Under the pieces are notes generated by a model. The model worked only from the letters and a program-made list of their open reading frames with translations, was not told the DNA's origin and did no database searches. From a virus: a DNA stretch of 64,000 nucleotides. A program made the translations under genes and the position numbers. This document shows positions 37,844-47,394 of the stretch, piece by piece (the first letter of the stretch is position 1; every line of letters begins with the position of its first letter). The stretch lies in the IMG/VR virus record IMGVR_UViG_3300042444_000045, positions 32,001 to 96,000 of that record, one strand, 5' to 3'.

Positions 37844-40588
37844 CTATTTCTTCTCAGAAGATTTTTTATCAAATCTATTTTTATTTTCTCTAGCTACTTG
37901 TAGTTGTTTATCTGCTATTTCTCTCTGAGTTTGTAACTTCTGTCTTTCAAGATCCATCTTCTGAGATTGTCTCATGTTTTCATTAGTTTGTTTCTCTCTT
38001 TGAAGATCTGTTTGTTGTTGATACTGCTCTGTTTGTCTAATATCTTTCATGGCATCCATATAGTCAGATTCCATGTTTTTATTTACATCAGTCATAGCAC
38101 CCATACCGGCAGCTCTAATTTCAGCAACTAGAATATCTCTTTGTCTATCTTTCTCTTTCTCAGCAGCAACAGAATCAATTTTCATTTTCTCAATTTGTTG
38201 TTGAGACTGAATTTGTTGTTGCTGCATTTCTTGCTGCTGTTGCATTTCTTGTTGTTTCTGAGCTTGTTGTTTTTCTTCAGAATCTTTAAGTGCTGTACTA
38301 AGTTCAGCTACAGATTCAGATTGAACAACTTTACCTAGATCATAGATAGATGCACCAGTAGTATTATTTTGCATAGCCATTTGCTTTAACTGTTCAAGAA
38401 CAGCTCTATGGTTTGCAGTGGTACTACAGAATATGTTAAGGTCTCTCATTAGGAGATCTGTACCATTAATCTCAAAATTTACTTTTTCATCTGCTCCACT
38501 AATATAACTTAGTCTTGCAGATGGTTTAGTTGAGTTATAGTATTGTGCTAGGTCTGTACGCATTTGATGTACTCTAGGCATTAGATAATCACAGTGTTGG
38601 ATAAAGAATATCTCTGTCTGTGCATAAGAAGCCGCAGCTGCTTGTTCTACACCTGTAGCAGTCATCTGAGATAACTGTTGTCCCATTCTCTGTGGATTGA
38701 CACCAATTACTTCATATGCTTGTTGCTTAAAGTGATTAGCCAATTGAATTCTTGACATTAATCTTTCTGTCTGAGCTAGATCTAATTTTTGGAAATGGTT
38801 AAAGTTTAATGCATTCTCTGTATTTGTAATAGATGTATCAAGAGGAAGAATTTGGAAGTTCTTCATTGCTACATATGCATTAGCATAATTACCCTTACCC
38901 CAGTCTTCACCAAGTGAGTGCTTGGGTAAACTATTTTGGTCAAGCATAATTACTGTACCAAGTTCATCTACTAAGATATCTGCAATCTGATTATTTACAA
39001 TGTTGTATCCAATCTGGTATGGTTTCATTAAATCAATAAGTGCAGTAGACTTAGTATTTCTATCTGAGAATACGGAGCCTTCTACTGGCAACTTACAACC
39101 ATACAAACTATTGTCTCCCTTAAATTGAAACTTAAGTGGAGCAATATGGTTATTCTGTATACCAATATAAATTGGAGAAAACCCACCAGGGTTATTCATA
39201 CCCCAGAAAGAAGGTAAGTTAGGACCAATCTTAATACCACCCCAAACTTCATTTACCCAGATCCAGTCAATATGCTCTCCAAAGATTACGTTATCTCTTG
39301 TCTTGTTCTTAAAGAGTCTTGTATCATATACAGGTTTATCTGTTACCTTATAGTCTTCTGTAATAATTTCAGTAAGTACTTCTCCGGTATCAGTTACTTT
39401 AGTTAGATGACCTACTTTTCTTTGAGACTTCCAGTAACCGGTAGTTACTCTAAGTAAGAATGCTGTACCCTGATCAAAGTAGTCTTCTCCTTGTGATAAG
39501 ATTTGATTTATAATATCTCCACCATTGTATACAGAACCTGCTACAGCAGAAGTATATTGTCTATATGCAAGTGATGGCATATTAGTATTCCAGTCATGAG
39601 TTTTAGTAGCATCATAGAATGAACCATCATTCTGTAGTCCACCAATATTATAACCTGCAGATCTGATAGGATAAATTGCTTCAAGAGCCTCAAGTTGCTC
39701 TTCTGTCATGATATAACCAAACTTATCAATAACATCAGATACAGTAAGCATGTCAATTTTACCTACCCAGTTACCTTGAGAAATATATCTTGCATCTGGA
39801 GATTTATGGTAGAATGTAACTGCAGGATTCCAGAGCTCTACTTCATAATCATCTTCCATCATATGAAAATGCCAAAACTCTCTATCTGTAATAAGCATGT
39901 CACGGAAACCTCTTTCTTCAAGTTCTTCCATTCTAAATCTCTCAACATCTACTTTATGTTGATGAGTTGCCCATTCTTCCACCATTGATCTATAACTCTT
40001 TTTAAAGAATTGTTCAATTTCGGGAAGTGTTTTGAGTTTGTCTGGAGAAAGTTCTTCTTGTGCTTCTGCAGATTCTGGATCTAGACCTTGTTCAATGAGA
40101 GAAGTAACAATCTTCATCTGAGCATCAGCCATAAGAGTCTCTTCTACCATTGCTCTTTTTTGCTCAAGCATTTCATTATATGAATGCTCATCAATAGCTC
40201 TGTATGTAAGTTTAGTAGATCTCTTAGCAAATTCAGCTACAAGAACATTAACAACATTTGGAATAATAGGATAGAACTTTAGTTCTAGTACTGAGGGGTC
40301 ATCTTTGGTAAGTAGTTCTACAACATCTTTGTACTCATTGTTCTCTTCTATAATATAGTCAGTTCTATCAATGATACCTTTTGCAAGTTTGTAGTTCTTC
40401 ATTAACTTGCGGGCATTTCTACGGATTTGTTTTAGACCATTCCATTCTAACCAGTCTAAGTTCCAGGCAGCCCACTCATCATCCTTCTCTTTCTCAGGTA
40501 CGAACTGAAGTGGTTGCATAACACTACCAAGTCTGTTTTGCTCAACCTTAGCACCCTTTTTTAATTGTAAAGCATTATATACCTGCAT
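37844..40588 (-). CDS. Portal protein
   Basis: 914 aa after the terminase; NYKLAKGIID, FYPIIP.V.NVL..E, LIDLMKPYQ..YNI..NQI and GV..QR.GQ motifs; Gln-rich coiled-coil C-terminus. Confidence 0.85.
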   Translation of the reverse strand: MQVYNALQLKKGAKVEQNRLGSVMQPLQFVPEKEKDDEWAAWNLDWLEWNGLKQIRRNARKLMKNYKLAKGIIDRTDYIIEENNEYKDVVELLTKDDPSVLELKFYPIIPNVVNVLVAEFAKRSTKLTYRAIDEHSYNEMLEQKRAMVEETLMADAQMKIVTSLIEQGLDPESAEAQEELSPDKLKTLPEIEQFFKKSYRSMVEEWATHQHKVDVERFRMEELEERGFRDMLITDREFWHFHMMEDDYEVELWNPAVTFYHKSPDARYISQGNWVGKIDMLTVSDVIDKFGYIMTEEQLEALEAIYPIRSAGYNIGGLQNDGSFYDATKTHDWNTNMPSLAYRQYTSAVAGSVYNGGDIINQILSQGEDYFDQGTAFLLRVTTGYWKSQRKVGHLTKVTDTGEVLTEIITEDYKVTDKPVYDTRLFKNKTRDNVIFGEHIDWIWVNEVWGGIKIGPNLPSFWGMNNPGGFSPIYIGIQNNHIAPLKFQFKGDNSLYGCKLPVEGSVFSDRNTKSTALIDLMKPYQIGYNIVNNQIADILVDELGTVIMLDQNSLPKHSLGEDWGKGNYANAYVAMKNFQILPLDTSITNTENALNFNHFQKLDLAQTERLMSRIQLANHFKQQAYEVIGVNPQRMGQQLSQMTATGVEQAAAASYAQTEIFFIQHCDYLMPRVHQMRTDLAQYYNSTKPSARLSYISGADEKVNFEINGTDLLMRDLNIFCSTTANHRAVLEQLKQMAMQNNTTGASIYDLGKVVQSESVAELSTALKDSEEKQQAQKQQEMQQQQEMQQQQIQSQQQIEKMKIDSVAAEKEKDRQRDILVAEIRAAGMGAMTDVNKNMESDYMDAMKDIRQTEQYQQQTDLQREKQTNENMRQSQKMDLERQKLQTQREIADKQLQVARENKNRFDKKSSEKK

Positions 40589-40593
40589 ATCTA

Positions 40594-42801
40594 CTATTTA
40601 AAGTTTTTAAAAGCTGACCTATTAAAAACTTGCCCATTAATAACTTTAGACCCCTGTCCCATATGACGGAACGGGGTTCTATTTAATTTAAACAAATTAT
40701 TTGACTTTTGCAAGTTTTTAGAAGCATCATCCATGATAACTCTCTTAGAGTAACCTCTGTTAGCTTGCTGTATTCTCATGAAAGCAACTAAGGCTGCAAA
40801 TGAAACAAGTCTATCCACGTTGACACCATCTGCATATTCTTGCATTTCTTTAAGTAACATAGGATCTGGAATACGTTCTATTCCATATTTGGTTCTTACA
40901 ATAGTACCATCTGTTTTAGTTTCTACATCTAGTTCCTCTTTACAGTACTCAATGGTATAACTTAACAAGTGTGCTTTAAATAATGTACCTGTGTTTTTCC
41001 AACCATACTCCTGGAATACGTTAGCATTTGCACCCAGATCTTTCAAGAACATGATCTGACTCTTAGGTACAAGATATCTTTGTTTCTTTTTAGATATCAT
41101 GTATTGGATAAATAGTGAAATGTTGTTCTCAATTACTGTCCAAGCATTGTACCATTCAATAATTAACTCTAGTCTCTGATGAGTTTTGTTGATATCATCA
41201 AACCTACCACACCATGCAGCTACAATCTTATCTGGTTCTATGTATGTTTCAGTTTCTCCCATAGTAACTTTAGTTACTTCTACAGGAGCTTTCATAATAT
41301 AAATAGAACAGAGTGATTCTGATGTTGTTGTTTTACCTTCTGACACGGGGTCAATAGATGCATAGTATTGTCCAAAGGTTGGATCTTTAATAGGTCTTTC
41401 CCATACAACAAGTACTCCTGTTTTGTCTTCTAATTTCTTGGATACTGGAAACTCTTTAATAGGTTGCTTATCTGTAGATCTTACAGTAATTTTACCCATG
41501 TCATCAGTAAAGATATCTAAGAACTCATAAGCATATTCTTTCTCCTCAATTCTTCTTTGCTGTGCAGCAACCAAGTGTGTAGGAAATAAAGATACTGATC
41601 TATGTGCAAATGCTTCTCTAATATTTCTTGGGTGCTGAGATATCCTAAGCTGATAGTCTTCTGGATTAAGTTCTTTCTTCCACTGCTCAAACTGTCTATC
41701 TAAAGCTTCTAGAGCTTCAGTTACAAGAGAGTTACCAAAGTCATCAATATAGGGAGGCATTGACCATTGCTCAGGAATAAACAATCCTGACAAACCAGTA
41801 GTACCTTTTTCATCAATAAGATCAGTTTCAACTGCATAAATATCTTTTGAAAGTGGATTCAAGATCATGTCTCTTAGTGGTTCACACTGGGACAAGTCAC
41901 CCACAGATCCTGCTGCAATGAACATACCTGTAGTAACCATACCTGATCTCATGGCTGGGCGCATATACTCATATGTCTGATCCATCTTTGGAGCAATACC
42001 TGCCTCCTCATGGAAGAAGTATTTTACCGGACCCCCTACACCATTTGTTGGATCTTTCTCAAATGACATACCTTGTATAGTACCCTTGAGACCAACTTCT
42101 GTTTTTCTATCTCCTTTTCTAACTTCAATCTTCTGTTGCCACATCATTACCTTGTCTGGAGACATAGGTCTATACCATGCTGTATGCTCATTTAAAAATG
42201 CTGCATACTCCTGTAAGAATTTCCAGGAACCTTTCTCATTTATATAATCCTTAAGTGATGCACCAATCTTAAGAGTAACCCCGGGCTCAAACCATTGCTG
42301 ATTTATAAGTTTACCCATGTGGTAGTATGAAGATGCAATCTGACGTTTCTTTAGAATACCTACATGTTTATAGTTTAACTCTGCTAGTAGTTCATAAAGA
42401 GCCATGTGATACTGAGCATCTCGAATCTTAGCAAATCCAAACTTCTGTAGTTCTTTATCAAAGATTGGTAAAAAATTTAACCACATGTAGTACTCTCTTG
42501 CAAGAAACCATGTGTTAGTACTATCTTTTACAATAATACCTTTTCTACATTTTTGCTTTTGGTCATCCCAATAGTTTACAAAGTCCTTAGACTTAAAGGG
42601 GGCTGTGCAATATACTCCATCACTTCTAAACTTGTTTGACTCTGATATAAATATCTGATTAGTAGTGTCGTTGAAGCCGTACTTACCAGGTTCCTTGAAA
42701 ACTCCAAATATGAAGTTGTTGAAGTCCTCTCTGGAGTCAAAGTTTGTGGTTGTCCATTGTCCGTTATCATAGGTTGGTATGTCTTGATAGATTTCACTCA
42801 T
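40594..42801 (-). CDS. terL: Terminase large subunit
   Basis: ILKKRQIASSY (Walker A variant), YFFHEEAG (Walker B), YASIDPV nuclease motif, C-terminal NVDRLVS. Confidence 0.9.
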   Translation of the reverse strand: MSEIYQDIPTYDNGQWTTTNFDSREDFNNFIFGVFKEPGKYGFNDTTNQIFISESNKFRSDGVYCTAPFKSKDFVNYWDDQKQKCRKGIIVKDSTNTWFLAREYYMWLNFLPIFDKELQKFGFAKIRDAQYHMALYELLAELNYKHVGILKKRQIASSYYHMGKLINQQWFEPGVTLKIGASLKDYINEKGSWKFLQEYAAFLNEHTAWYRPMSPDKVMMWQQKIEVRKGDRKTEVGLKGTIQGMSFEKDPTNGVGGPVKYFFHEEAGIAPKMDQTYEYMRPAMRSGMVTTGMFIAAGSVGDLSQCEPLRDMILNPLSKDIYAVETDLIDEKGTTGLSGLFIPEQWSMPPYIDDFGNSLVTEALEALDRQFEQWKKELNPEDYQLRISQHPRNIREAFAHRSVSLFPTHLVAAQQRRIEEKEYAYEFLDIFTDDMGKITVRSTDKQPIKEFPVSKKLEDKTGVLVVWERPIKDPTFGQYYASIDPVSEGKTTTSESLCSIYIMKAPVEVTKVTMGETETYIEPDKIVAAWCGRFDDINKTHQRLELIIEWYNAWTVIENNISLFIQYMISKKKQRYLVPKSQIMFLKDLGANANVFQEYGWKNTGTLFKAHLLSYTIEYCKEELDVETKTDGTIVRTKYGIERIPDPMLLKEMQEYADGVNVDRLVSFAALVAFMRIQQANRGYSKRVIMDDASKNLQKSNNLFKLNRTPFRHMGQGSKVINGQVFNRSAFKNFK

Positions 42802-42803
42802 AG

Positions 42804-43319
42804 TTACTGGTCATATGCCATTCCGATTCCACCTCTTACTTTACTAGATTGCTCATCTTGAAGATCTTTATATACTCCTTTAAATGATGCTCTAATCTGG
42901 TCAAAGTTTTTTGCTGCTGCTACAAGAGAGTTAATATTACCATCTCTACCTGCAGTAATCTGCGTAGTCTCCATATATCTAGCTAATCTATCTAACATAG
43001 ATGCCATACCTTTGTATGCTCTAGATGTAGGAGTCTCATACATTCTCTGGCAGAATAAGAGAGCTGTATGTATATCATCATCCTCTGTAGAGAATTCTGC
43101 TTCTATCTCTTTTAATATAATATGTTCTTTATCTACTTCTGGAGTATGAAAAAAAGGATTCATATCCGGGTTAGGACATGTCATATAGAAGAGATATAGA
43201 TATACTTTAAGATAATCATCTGGATAGTTATCCATGACATCTTTAAGTGCTTTAAGTGTATAACAATGTTCTGTAGGAATTACTTTACCATTCTGAACAT
43301 CAAATAGTCTTACAATCAT
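42804..43319 (-). CDS. Conserved protein upstream of terL (possible terminase small subunit)
   Basis: 171 aa, helical; ends KVRGGIGMAYD; adjacent to terL. Confidence 0.5.
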   Translation of the reverse strand: MIVRLFDVQNGKVIPTEHCYTLKALKDVMDNYPDDYLKVYLYLFYMTCPNPDMNPFFHTPEVDKEHIILKEIEAEFSTEDDDIHTALLFCQRMYETPTSRAYKGMASMLDRLARYMETTQITAGRDGNINSLVAAAKNFDQIRASFKGVYKDLQDEQSSKVRGGIGMAYDQ

Positions 43320-44152
43320 TTCTTTTTAATTAAGTGTGGGAACTCTTTCATAAAGTTAATTATTGAAATGACTTCATCATATAAATAAGGTACCGGCATC
43401 TGAATAACTTCTTTAACAATAGGTTCACCATTTACATCTAGTTTAGATATTGGATAACCATATTTGTCTTCACCATCTACTTCAAATGTAATATGATGTA
43501 TAAATATCTTTCCAGCCTGTAATTTAGGGTTATGCTTTAATATAATATACATATAAACACTGAGTTGTAATGCATAGTGATTAAAGTTGCAATCATCTAA
43601 ATGCTGTACTGGATCAAGCATTTTTTCTGACATGCCCTCCCAGTTCTTAAAAGATTCTGTTTTAATCTCCTTATTAGTTTTGTAGTCAATAATATTAACT
43701 CTACCATTGACTACTTCAACTAAATCTGATTGGCCACATAAACCTGCTGACTTAAGATAGACCATATGTTCAGGATATATACCTGGATCTAGTTTTTGTA
43801 GAGGTGCTATTTTTAAACCATTCTCTCCTTCATAAGGTTTAAATACTGGAACTGTTACCCCTTCTCTTTCTATAGAAGCCAATGAACATAAGTCAGATTC
43901 TCTTTGGTTATGATAGAATGTACCAAGTGTTGTAGCTCTAGTAGCTTCATTATCCCATATCTGTACAATGAGTTTGGGTTCTACACCATACCATTTTGAT
44001 CTCTTGCTCTTAGTTACTCTCTCTGCTACTTTTTTTGCATCAAAAGGTTTCTTTAAACAAGATATCAATGTTGTTACACTAGTCCATTTGATCTGATCAT
44101 TTGGATCTACACTAACATAACTGTGGTCATCTGCATTAAATACTATGCTCAT
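43316..44152 (-). CDS. PD-(D/E)XK nuclease
   Basis: SVTTLI, GTFYH, EHMVY..LCGQSDL..IIDYKT and YALQLSVY motifs. Confidence 0.85.
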   Translation of the reverse strand: MSIVFNADDHSYVSVDPNDQIKWTSVTTLISCLKKPFDAKKVAERVTKSKRSKWYGVEPKLIVQIWDNEATRATTLGTFYHNQRESDLCSLASIEREGVTVPVFKPYEGENGLKIAPLQKLDPGIYPEHMVYLKSAGLCGQSDLVEVVNGRVNIIDYKTNKEIKTESFKNWEGMSEKMLDPVQHLDDCNFNHYALQLSVYMYIILKHNPKLQAGKIFIHHITFEVDGEDKYGYPISKLDVNGEPIVKEVIQMPVPYLYDEVISIINFMKEFPHLIKKK

Positions 44153-44442
44153 AATTGTTCTAGTTTATCTTCTTCCTCTTCTGTAGCAATTGCTTGCCAT
44201 TTACCAAGAGGACATTCTGAAGAAAGAGATCTTGTCTTAAAAGTTAATGAGCATCCACATTCATTACAACATGGTGCTGTACCCTTTACTGCACATTTCT
44301 TTCCCTTACTTGGGCATTCATCACAGACATCATATCTCATGCGGGCAACATCTTCTACAAACTCATCTCTAATAACTGAGTTCTTAATGCCTTCAATGAT
44401 CTTAGTCTTGTTCTCCCAAATTGCTCTGAGTGCTGCTTTCAT
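44149..44442 (-). CDS. Small Zn-binding protein (start re-assigned to MKAAL)
   Basis: R..VCDECP..C..CCNECGC.L..KTRS..SECPLGKW. Confidence 0.7.
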   Translation of the reverse strand: MKAALRAIWENKTKIIEGIKNSVIRDEFVEDVARMRYDVCDECPSKGKKCAVKGTAPCCNECGCSLTFKTRSLSSECPLGKWQAIATEEEEDKLEQL

Positions 44443-44800
44443 TATTTTTGTTTTTAGTAAATTCTTCTTTTCTCTTTTTTTCCTGTTCAATCTTTACAGA
44501 CACATCATTTAATAACTGAAGCTTTTCTTGCATAGCTTTTTTATTATGGTATGCTCTAAAGGTTGATACGTCATGAGTAGGAAGCATTTTAGTTAACTTT
44601 GATATGTAAACTTCTGCTAGTTTTTGTTTTATAACAAACTGGCCTAAACCTTCTACATTTATTCTTGGATGCTTAAGACTACTTAACTGACTTCTAAGAT
44701 CTTTATAATAAAACTCTACCATATCACCGACAAGGCTTTCTAAAACATTTAGTTCTTCTGCAACTTCCTTGTATAGAGTACTAGATTTTTTAGGATTCAT
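44402..44800 (-). CDS. HU/IHF-like DNA-binding protein
   Basis: LYKEVAEELN...RINVEGLGQFVIK matches the HU/IHF core pattern. Confidence 0.6.
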   Translation of the reverse strand: MNPKKSSTLYKEVAEELNVLESLVGDMVEFYYKDLRSQLSSLKHPRINVEGLGQFVIKQKLAEVYISKLTKMLPTHDVSTFRAYHNKKAMQEKLQLLNDVSVKIEQEKKRKEEFTKNKNNESSTQSNLGEQD

Positions 44801-45181
44801 CTATTCAGCTTCTTGAGAATCAGTACCTAAGAACTTAAAATCTAATAAAACTGTACCCTCTGTTTGCACCATCATATTTGGATTTAATATTATAGACTTT
44901 TTATTATCATCACTTCTTATAACAAGCCCTATCTTCTCTGCTTTATTTATAGAATTCCTTACAGTCTGTGGGGATTTAAAGATCCAACCTTCTTCTGAAG
45001 AAGCATCATAACAGAAGTCTGTTAGTTCAACTGGTTGATTAAAGCTTAATAGTGTTAAACAGTTCAAGTCAGATTCACTTAGAGAAAGTTTATTAATGTA
45101 ACAATGCGTTAGGATCTGATACTTGACCAGATCCCATTTAGGCATTTTTACTCTTTTCTGTACTTGATTAACTATAGCCAT
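44801..45181 (-). CDS. Putative winged-HTH DNA-binding protein
   Basis: LSESDL.CL..L...SPQTVRNSINKAEKIGLV..IILNP. Confidence 0.55.
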   Translation of the reverse strand: MAIVNQVQKRVKMPKWDLVKYQILTHCYINKLSLSESDLNCLTLLSFNQPVELTDFCYDASSEEGWIFKSPQTVRNSINKAEKIGLVIRSDDNKKSIILNPNMMVQTEGTVLLDFKFLGTDSQEAE

Positions 45182-45183
45182 GA

Positions 45184-45495
45184 CTATCCTTTTCTGAGCT
45201 TTCTTTTACTCTGCTCAGGCATAGAAGGTTCTTTATCAATATCATTATCAGAACCTCTTTCTTCTAACTCATCTTCTGGTTCTAATTCTTGTTCTTGTTG
45301 AGATTGAGCCATCATAGCATACTGCATTTGAATGTGCGTTCTCTTATATCTTACCTCATCAATCTTCATAAGAACTTCTTCATACTTGAGTTGTGCTTCT
45401 AAGTAGGGCAAGGAATCAGTATAGAATTGAAGCATTTGTTCTTTTTGAGCAGCCAACTCTTCAGCTGTAAACTCTCTTTCTTGTTGGTTTTCCAT
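45184..45495 (-). CDS. Hypothetical protein, first gene of the packaging operon
   Basis: 103 aa with a coiled coil; preceded by TATATTTG and a terminator. Confidence 0.7.
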   Translation of the reverse strand: MENQQEREFTAEELAAQKEQMLQFYTDSLPYLEAQLKYEEVLMKIDEVRYKRTHIQMQYAMMAQSQQEQELEPEDELEERGSDNDIDKEPSMPEQSKRKLRKG

Positions 45496-45518
45496 AATAA
45501 TTAATTTTTGGTTTAGAA

Positions 45519-45526
45519 CAAATATA
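45519..45526 (-). promoter_or_regulatory. Bacteroidetes-type -7 promoter element TATATTTG
   Basis: Matches TAnnTTTG; 23 nt upstream of the ATG at 45495. Confidence 0.65.
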
Positions 45527-45557
45527 CAAAATAAGTTTAAATGTATATTGTTTAAAT

Positions 45558-45587
45558 AAAAAATCCAGGCACAGAAAGTACCTGGAT
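45558..45587 (-). terminator. Rho-independent terminator ending the lysis operon
   Basis: ATCCAGG...CCTGGAT stem followed by a T-run on the minus strand. Confidence 0.75.
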
Positions 45588-45606
45588 CATAGTAGTTTAA
45601 GTAATG

Positions 45607-45912
45607 TTACTTTTTCTTAGCAGTTCTTTTTACAGTACCACCTTTTTTCATACCTAATTTTTCTTTAATAGCATCACGGTTTTTATAAACTAAAGCACCA
45701 GCAACTCCTGTTGCTAAAGCACCTACAGCTTTTTTAACTCCTTCAGGAATACTACGTTTTCCATATTTAGTTACTTTACCACAACCACTTTTGCGTCTTC
45801 TTCTTCTTTTACCGTCAGCACCTGTATATTCTTCCATACAAGAATCATCAGAAGCACCACCTGTTTGGTAACTCTTCATAGAACGGATCATTTGATTTTT
45901 ACTATCTATCAT
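45607..45912 (-). CDS. Small basic protein with xxGG motifs and a Gly/Ala helix
   Basis: SYQTGG, RRRRRK, AVGALATGVAGALVY, MKKGG. Confidence 0.65.
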   Translation of the reverse strand: MIDSKNQMIRSMKSYQTGGASDDSCMEEYTGADGKRRRRRKSGCGKVTKYGKRSIPEGVKKAVGALATGVAGALVYKNRDAIKEKLGMKKGGTVKRTAKKK

Positions 45913-45914
45913 GA

Positions 45915-46073
45915 TTATCTGTTTTTAATTGTAAAGTTTAAGATAGTAAGTAAGTAAAAGCTTCTAGAGATATCAATTTCAACAGAGAGTACATCAATAA
46001 AAGATACTCTTAACTTAATTGCAAACTTATCCCATTGCTTTGTATAACTATCCCAGCCGTTTCTAAACTTCAT
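45915..46073 (-). CDS. Hypothetical 52-aa protein (below the ORF-track cutoff)
   Basis: MKFRNGWDSYTKQWDKFAIKLRVSFIDVLSVEIDISRSFYLLTILNFTIKNR; fills the gap between its neighbours. Confidence 0.65.
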   Translation of the reverse strand: MKFRNGWDSYTKQWDKFAIKLRVSFIDVLSVEIDISRSFYLLTILNFTIKNR

Positions 46074-46079
46074 AAGTTA

Positions 46080-46547
46080 TTATTTAAGTGGAAGATATTT
46101 AGTAGCACTACCTGCCTTAACAGCTTTAAGGATTTGCTTACGTTGTGCACCATCTGAGTTGTAAGATACATGCACCCAGTCAGGATTAGTATCTGTACCA
46201 AATTCCCAGATAAGTTGATCAAAATTAACATTTGCTTTGATAAAGTCAAATACCATTTTATTAGTTACACCATTTGAACTACCATCCATATCAATGTCAA
46301 TAGCTTCTCCTTTACAATGTTGTGATGAAGATGCGCCACCCACAGCCTTATTCAAAGCAGCGGAACGGTATCCTGAGCTTAAATGGATAGGAACACCAAA
46401 GTGTTCACGGATTGGTTGAAATACATTTTCAGCCAATTTCTTGAAGTTCTCAATATGCTCTGGTGTAGGCATATTACTAATTCCTCTTCTTTTTGCAGTC
46501 TCACTTCTTGTTACTTCTGCAAGTGCTAAATTTTTACTTAATTGCAT
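46080..46547 (-). CDS. Endolysin, peptidase M15 family
   Basis: SSGYRS..LNKAVGGA.SSQHCKGEAIDI...DQLIWE..WVHVSY Zn-peptidase motifs. Confidence 0.9.
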   Translation of the reverse strand: MQLSKNLALAEVTRSETAKRRGISNMPTPEHIENFKKLAENVFQPIREHFGVPIHLSSGYRSAALNKAVGGASSSQHCKGEAIDIDMDGSSNGVTNKMVFDFIKANVNFDQLIWEFGTDTNPDWVHVSYNSDGAQRKQILKAVKAGSATKYLPLK

Positions 46548-46566
46548 TGTGTTTTGTTTTATATGA

Positions 46567-46842
46567 TTAATCTACTACTTCTTCTGAAGTCTCTTCTTGT
46601 TTCTTTGCTTTATTCTTTAAAGCCATAATGCGTCCGGCAGTTGTAATACCAAATGCACCTAAGGTAAGTAACATAAATCCATCAAAGATAAATTCTTTGA
46701 TGATTAGTTCATTACCAATAATACCTGTAATTACATCTACAAATAGTACAAATACCATTGCAAAGAATGATATTACCCCTACAAATGCTTGCTCATTAAT
46801 TTGATTATCATCACTGATCAGTTCTCTAAATAATTTTCTCAT
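46567..46842 (-). CDS. Putative holin (two TM helices)
   Basis: Two hydrophobic segments and a charged C-terminal tail; adjacent to the endolysin. Confidence 0.55.
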   Translation of the reverse strand: MRKLFRELISDDNQINEQAFVGVISFFAMVFVLFVDVITGIIGNELIIKEFIFDGFMLLTLGAFGITTAGRIMALKNKAKKQEETSEEVVD

Positions 46843-46845
46843 AAC

Positions 46846-47394
46846 TTATAATTTAATTGGAACCTTAGTTACCTTAGGTCTCTCTGGTTTAATAATTGCT
46901 CTTTCCCATCCTTTGAGGGGATTTTCCTTTTTCTCATAAGGATCAAAAGGATCTGGACACTTATAAAAATATAAATCTCCATTCATATTATCCTTTTGTA
47001 CATAATATTGGCTCAAGTCTACAGCATACATTGTGCTGTCATCCCATGAGTAATATATCCATACATTATTAATTGATGCATCTAATAACCAAGCTTCAAG
47101 CATATCCAGCCTTTGTGCTATCTCATCATCAAATACATGCTCAATTATTACTCTTTCCTTCTCAAGAATTATTGTATCTAATATTGCAATAATACTATCT
47201 TTAGTAATCAGATCTTTTTTAAATGCTGCAATCTTTGCTTTCTGACTTTCAAATATATTATTAATGTCATCAGCTTGTTGAACAGTTAAGATTACTACAC
47301 TATCCCCTTTAATTACCGTCTTCAGTGGGTAGTTTGATTGGCTGAAAATCAAACTGGTCACCAGTAGACTGCTTAACATTAACATCCTTTTCAT
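46846..47394 (-). CDS. Secreted coiled-coil protein (spanin-like position)
   Basis: Signal peptide MKRMLMLSSLLVTSLIFS followed by Q; overlaps the upstream TM/coiled-coil gene by 86 nt. Confidence 0.5.
   Translation of the reverse strand: MKRMLMLSSLLVTSLIFSQSNYPLKTVIKGDSVVILTVQQADDINNIFESQKAKIAAFKKDLITKDSIIAILDTIILEKERVIIEHVFDDEIAQRLDMLEAWLLDASINNVWIYYSWDDSTMYAVDLSQYYVQKDNMNGDLYFYKCPDPFDPYEKKENPLKGWERAIIKPERPKVTKVPIKL

Noticed and set aside
34841-42801. Introns or inteins in the terminase, portal or major capsid genes
   Set aside because: The ORFs are continuous and of plausible size; I saw no intein (C...HN) or homing-endonuclease motifs.
43316-44152. Cas4 or CRISPR-associated role for the nuclease
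   Set aside because: It lacks the four-Cys Fe-S cluster pattern and there is no cas or array context; an ordinary phage PD-(D/E)XK nuclease fits better.
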